Assembly (NCBI GenBank): GCA_002329335.1
Contig: DCTY01000036.1
Span: 22,169 to 86,168 of the forward strand
Direction: 5' to 3'
Length of the DNA stretch: 64,000 bases
From: Christensenella sp. UBA1428
GTDB lineage: Bacteria; Bacillota; Clostridia; Christensenellales; UBA1750
Shown piece by piece: positions 60,441 to 64,000 of the stretch; the stretch's first letter is position 1; every line of letters starts with the position of its first letter. The notes under the pieces are model-generated. The model was not told the origin of the DNA and ran no database searches. It was given only the letters and a program-made list of their open reading frames with translations. The position numbers and the translations under genes are program-made.

Positions 60441-60572
60441 ATGCAGGGATGCAAAGTGCGAAAATCTAACGGTTTTCGTCGGCTTAGCGGCAAAACCGGC
60501 AATGCCGGATTGAAAGTCAGGGAAATCGCGTTTCCTTGACAATCCTTCCTTAAAAATGTTCTTTGACACACT
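60441..60572 (+). repeat. Multi-hairpin intergenic repeat, copy D (strongly 5'-truncated)
   Basis: Aligns with the copy A 3' part from GCAGGGATGCAAAG through GAAAATCTAACGGTTTTC and GTCAGGGAAATCGCGTTTCCTTGAC to CTTTGACACACT. Lies between the ligase stop and its terminator. Confidence 0.9.
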
Positions 60573-60574
60573 GA

Positions 60575-60610
60575 AACGGATCTGCCGGTATACATGGCAG
60601 ATCCGTTTTT
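60575..60610 (+). terminator. Rho-independent terminator after the acyl-CoA ligase gene
   Basis: AACGGATCTGCC-GGTATACAT-GGCAGATCCGTT followed by TTT. Confidence 0.85.
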
Positions 60611-60630
60611 CACAGGAGGGGGGGCTTGTG

Positions 60631-61095
60631 ATGATTGAACTGAAGCTCGTTTTGCCGCAGGAGGCGGCGCAGCTGCTTGCGATGCAGCGGGCGGCGTTTA
60701 TGCCGCTGCTTGAAAAATATCATGATGACGCCACAAGCCCTGCCTGCGAATCGCAGCAGCGTGTATTGGCGCGCATCACCCAGCCGGGGAGTTTTTATTA
60801 TTGGATCGTTCTGAATCAAACGCGCATCGGCGCCGTGCGCGTGCTGGATCGGAAAAACGGCGAACGCAAAAAAATCAGCCCGATTTTTATTCTGCCTCAA
60901 TACCAGAACCGCGGTTATGCCCAGCAGGTATTTGCGCTGCTGGAAAGCGCGCACGGCCAATCGAACTGGGGGCTGGCGACCATCGAGCAGGAGACGCGCT
61001 GCTGCTATCTGTATGAGAAGCTGGGCTATACCCGGACGGGAGAACGGACGGCCGTCAATTCACGGATGACCATCGTGGGATATGTGAAAGGTTGA
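60631..61095 (+). CDS. GNAT-family N-acetyltransferase
   Basis: QNRGYAQQVFALLE acetyl-CoA motif. RBS CAGGAGGGGGG. Confidence 0.75.
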   Translation: MIELKLVLPQEAAQLLAMQRAAFMPLLEKYHDDATSPACESQQRVLARITQPGSFYYWIVLNQTRIGAVRVLDRKNGERKKISPIFILPQYQNRGYAQQVFALLESAHGQSNWGLATIEQETRCCYLYEKLGYTRTGERTAVNSRMTIVGYVKG

Positions 61096-61346
61096 TCGTT
61101 CGTACAGGAAGTTTTTGGCGGTTCATGGGAAAATACAGCATATCTCTTTTTAATATTAAAAAATTTTTATAGCTGCATCAAGCGCGAAAAAGTCGACTTT
61201 TGTCGAGAAATCCAGTCGTTTGTTGACTAAAAAGGCAGCAATGAAACCAAAAAAATATCCGACGCGTTGTTGAATTATTCGCGCAAATCTGCTAAACTGT
61301 TCGTACCTGAAAAACATCGGCGGGAATCGGAATAGGAGTATGAGAA

Positions 61347-61697
61347 ATGAATCAAGAAGCATTGCTGTTAGAATTGCTGTATCGGGATATCGGGCGTGAA
61401 ATGGCGCAGCAGGCACAGGTGGTGGATATGGACTATCCCACGCGTGCAGCGGCAGCGGTGGAAGAAATTTATCATATTTTGCGCCAGGAACATGTGGACA
61501 GCCGTACCAGGATCCGGCGTATTCAGTCGGCTATGCTGCGACAGGGTGTATTTGGCCCGAGACCTTCCGATCCCAGTGCCGTGGAATCGCTCGATTCCTA
61601 TCTGCGGCGTCGTCCTGAGCCGGAGCAGGCGCCCGAGCCCGTGGTGGTGGAAAAACCGCGGCGCGGCCGTCCGCGCAAATACCCGATTCCGGAATGA
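61347..61697 (+). CDS. Hypothetical small protein with a C-terminal AT-hook-like motif
   Basis: 116 aa. RBS AGGAG. C-terminus KPRRGRPRKYPIPE contains the GRP AT-hook core. Confidence 0.55.
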   Translation: MNQEALLLELLYRDIGREMAQQAQVVDMDYPTRAAAAVEEIYHILRQEHVDSRTRIRRIQSAMLRQGVFGPRPSDPSAVESLDSYLRRRPEPEQAPEPVVVEKPRRGRPRKYPIPE

Positions 61698-62233
61698 TTG
61701 GGTCAGCCTTTTTCGGGGGCGCTGCTTAAGGTGACGGCGCGCTGTGCGGCAGGCCGCTTTTAAGGAAGGACTAAAAATTGCATGACGGCGTTTGCCGTCG
61801 GGAAACCAGCAACCAAAGGGTATGCATCCCCGGATGCATACCCTTTGTCATGCCAGCAGTACGTAAACGGCGATGGTTTGTTTTTTCCAGGATTAAGCGG
61901 AAGCTCGAATGGAACCGGGGCCTTAAACGGCTGGTCTTGCGAAGCCTGTCTGCGGCTTTTGGAAATCCGATGGCGGATGAAAAAGCGTATCGCCATATGG
62001 TACGGATCGACCGCAATGATTTGCTGTTTTGAATTGAGCTGCTTTTCCGGGAGGCGACGACGGCCGGTTTTGAGCGCGTGATGGTAATTGTCCGCGATTG
62101 GCGCATCATTGCAGTATGAACGCCTCCTTGATTGCCAAACGCATCGGCGTTTTGCTGTGCGCTCTTGATGCGCCGGGGAAAATCTGTTATACTCGTCCTA
62201 TCGGTGAAAATATCATGAGGAGGCTTGGTTTGA

Positions 62234-63379
62234 ATGATGAAAAACCCAACCATCGAACGCTATATTGATTCGCTTTTGGAAAAAAGCACGCCTACGCGTC
62301 CTGTTTGGAATATGGAGGCGATTCGCCAGGGCAAGGCGCCCAGCTGGAACTATGTGGACGGGTGCATGATCAAAGCGATTTTGGATCTGTATGCGATTAC
62401 GGGCGATAAGCGGTATGCCGAGTTTGCAGACGCGTTTATCGATTACCATGTGCTTGAGGACGGCTCCATCCGCAATTATCGCGTGGATGAGTTCAATCTG
62501 GACAATATCAACGCGGGCAAGACTCTTTTTGAACTGTACGACCTGACCGGAAAGGAAAAATACCGCAAGGCGATCGACCTGATTTATACCCAGGTGCTCA
62601 CCCAGCCGCGCAACCGCGAGGGCAGCTTCTGGCATAAGCTGATCTATCCGACTCAGATCTGGCTGGACGGGCTGTATATGTGCCAGCCGTTTTATGTGGA
62701 GTATGAAACCCGGTTTAACGACTGCAAAAACTATCCGGATATCTTCAAGCAGTTTGCCACCTGCGCCAGATGCCTGCGGGATGAAAAAACGGGGCTTTAT
62801 TACCATGCCTATGATTCGTCCAGAACCATGTACTGGTGCGATAAGGAAACCGGCCTTTCCCGGCATTTTTGGATTCGTGCGCTGGGCTGGTATACGATGG
62901 CGCTGCTGGACACCATGGACAAGATGGATCGGGAGCGCTTCCCCGAGGATTACAAGATGATGCGCGGTTTGTTTGTGGATCTGATCGATTCCATGCTGCG
63001 TTTCCAGGACGAAAGCGGCATGTGGTATCAGGTGGTCGACCAGGGCGGACGCGAACGCAATTATCTGGAGACCAGCGGCAGCTCCATCATGGCCTACGCC
63101 ATTTTTAAGGGAATCCGCTTGGGCTTTTTGCCGCAGAGCTATTATGCGGCCGGCGAAAAAGCGTTTTTGGGCATCTGTGACCGGTATTTGAGCGATGTGA
63201 ACGGCGAATTGAATCTGGGCGGGATCTGTCTGGTAGCCGGCTTGGGCGGCAAAAACCGGCGGGATGGTTCGTATGATTATTATATGTCCGAACCGGTTGT
63301 GGAAAACGACGCCAAGGGCGTTGCGCCGTTCCTGCTGGCATATACCGAGCTGCTGCGCCGCGATCAGGCGGGGCTGTAA
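62234..63379 (+). CDS. GH105 unsaturated rhamnogalacturonyl hydrolase (YteR/YesR-like)
   Basis: WNYVDGCMIKA, IWLDGLYMCQPF, HFWIRALGWY and GVAPFLLAY motifs characteristic of GH88/GH105 (alpha/alpha)6 hydrolases. RBS GAGGAGG. Confidence 0.85.
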   Translation: MMKNPTIERYIDSLLEKSTPTRPVWNMEAIRQGKAPSWNYVDGCMIKAILDLYAITGDKRYAEFADAFIDYHVLEDGSIRNYRVDEFNLDNINAGKTLFELYDLTGKEKYRKAIDLIYTQVLTQPRNREGSFWHKLIYPTQIWLDGLYMCQPFYVEYETRFNDCKNYPDIFKQFATCARCLRDEKTGLYYHAYDSSRTMYWCDKETGLSRHFWIRALGWYTMALLDTMDKMDRERFPEDYKMMRGLFVDLIDSMLRFQDESGMWYQVVDQGGRERNYLETSGSSIMAYAIFKGIRLGFLPQSYYAAGEKAFLGICDRYLSDVNGELNLGGICLVAGLGGKNRRDGSYDYYMSEPVVENDAKGVAPFLLAYTELLRRDQAGL

Positions 63380-64000
63380 TAAAAACGCCGCCGGGCGCGT
63401 CTGAATATGCGTCCGCAGGGGCGGTCGAGTCCGCAAATTTCAGGCGGTCAATGGTATTAGTGGGGAAAGTACACGGGAAGGCCGATTTGGCCTTCCCGTG
63501 CTGCATGATGCCGCAGTACTGTGCGGGGATCCGGACGGTTGAGCTATGAAACAGCATGGCGAAAGGCAATTTGTATGCCTGCGGATGTTTGCGCAAAAGC
63601 CGGCAGCGAGATTTTTGCGCTGCGGCAATCGCACGGGCACGCCGCTGCAGGCGCCGTTTGCATCCTGCCGATTGCGATAAAAAGTCCGGATCCGGATGCG
63701 TTGCCGGCGGTGTTGAAACGCAATATCGTCCGGTTTCGATTGTATGCGTCCGCCGACCTGACATACTGCTGCAGAGAAATATATGCGAACTGAAGCTGAC
63801 TTAAGAATAAAATAACATCCCAAAAGAAGTTTTAATGTATGAAAATACGATGTGTGAGCATCGGTTTTCAAAATACAAATGGATTTCCAGCTCGTACCAA
63901 GGCGCGCAGCATGAATCCGGATACAGCGGAGAAATCTGTTTTTGACGCATACGCCGTTTGAAACAGCCGACGCTGAGCGGGCGGTTGACCGGCAGGAAAG

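Noticed and set aside
63380-64000. ORFs 63105-63764(-), 63440-63871(-), 63521-63793(+), 63556-63804(+) and partial minus-strand frames reaching the right edge
   Set aside because: They are mutually overlapping, Arg/Cys/Pro-rich, and have no RBS or motifs. One runs antisense into GH105. A real gene may enter from beyond position 64000, but fewer than 70 codons are visible and I cannot identify it. A 12-bp-stem hairpin (CACGGGAAGGCC/GGCCTTCCCGTG, about 63471-63499) lacks a U-tract, so it was not called as a terminator.

Overview
The window looks like a GC-rich Gram-positive (Clostridia-like) chromosomal segment. This is inferred from AGGAGG-type RBSs, a T-box leader, a Spo0A-C-like protein and an (I/S/P)PKTG sorting signal. 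All calls rest on reading the ORF translations and the DNA by eye; no searches were run.

About 50 credible CDSs were found:
- Carbohydrate and pectin or galactose genes: GH31, an RpiB-like isomerase, a UxaE-like epimerase, a 1256-aa wall-anchored PL9-like pectate lyase, GH105 and galT-galE with an AraC regulator.
- Fermentation and redox genes: pflB, pflA and an Fe-ADH with a Rex box.
- Transporters: three MATE, an MFS, TrkAH, MntP, a P-type ATPase and an SSS symporter.
- Translation-linked genes: hflX, dtd, tadA, hpf and a TetM-like GTPase.

Cis-regulatory RNAs recognised are two yybP-ykoY (Mn2+) riboswitches, one T-box, and a terminator-like leader before trkA.

No rRNA, tRNA, CRISPR array, transposase or integrase was found.

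The most unusual signals:
1. A family of 5 (possibly 6) copies of a 130-225 bp multi-hairpin intergenic repeat. Copies lie beside or inside gene-end terminators. They have flanking duplications of terminator sequence, a common 3' end and nested 5' truncations.
2. An HflX GTPase carrying an N-terminal domain with a complete JAMM/MPN+ metalloprotease motif, translationally coupled to a RecB-like-nuclease/XPD-DinG helicase fusion.
3. A T-box with an apparent UAC (Tyr) specifier in front of a sodium:solute symporter.

Many long antisense ORFs in the track are GC-driven artefacts and were rejected.
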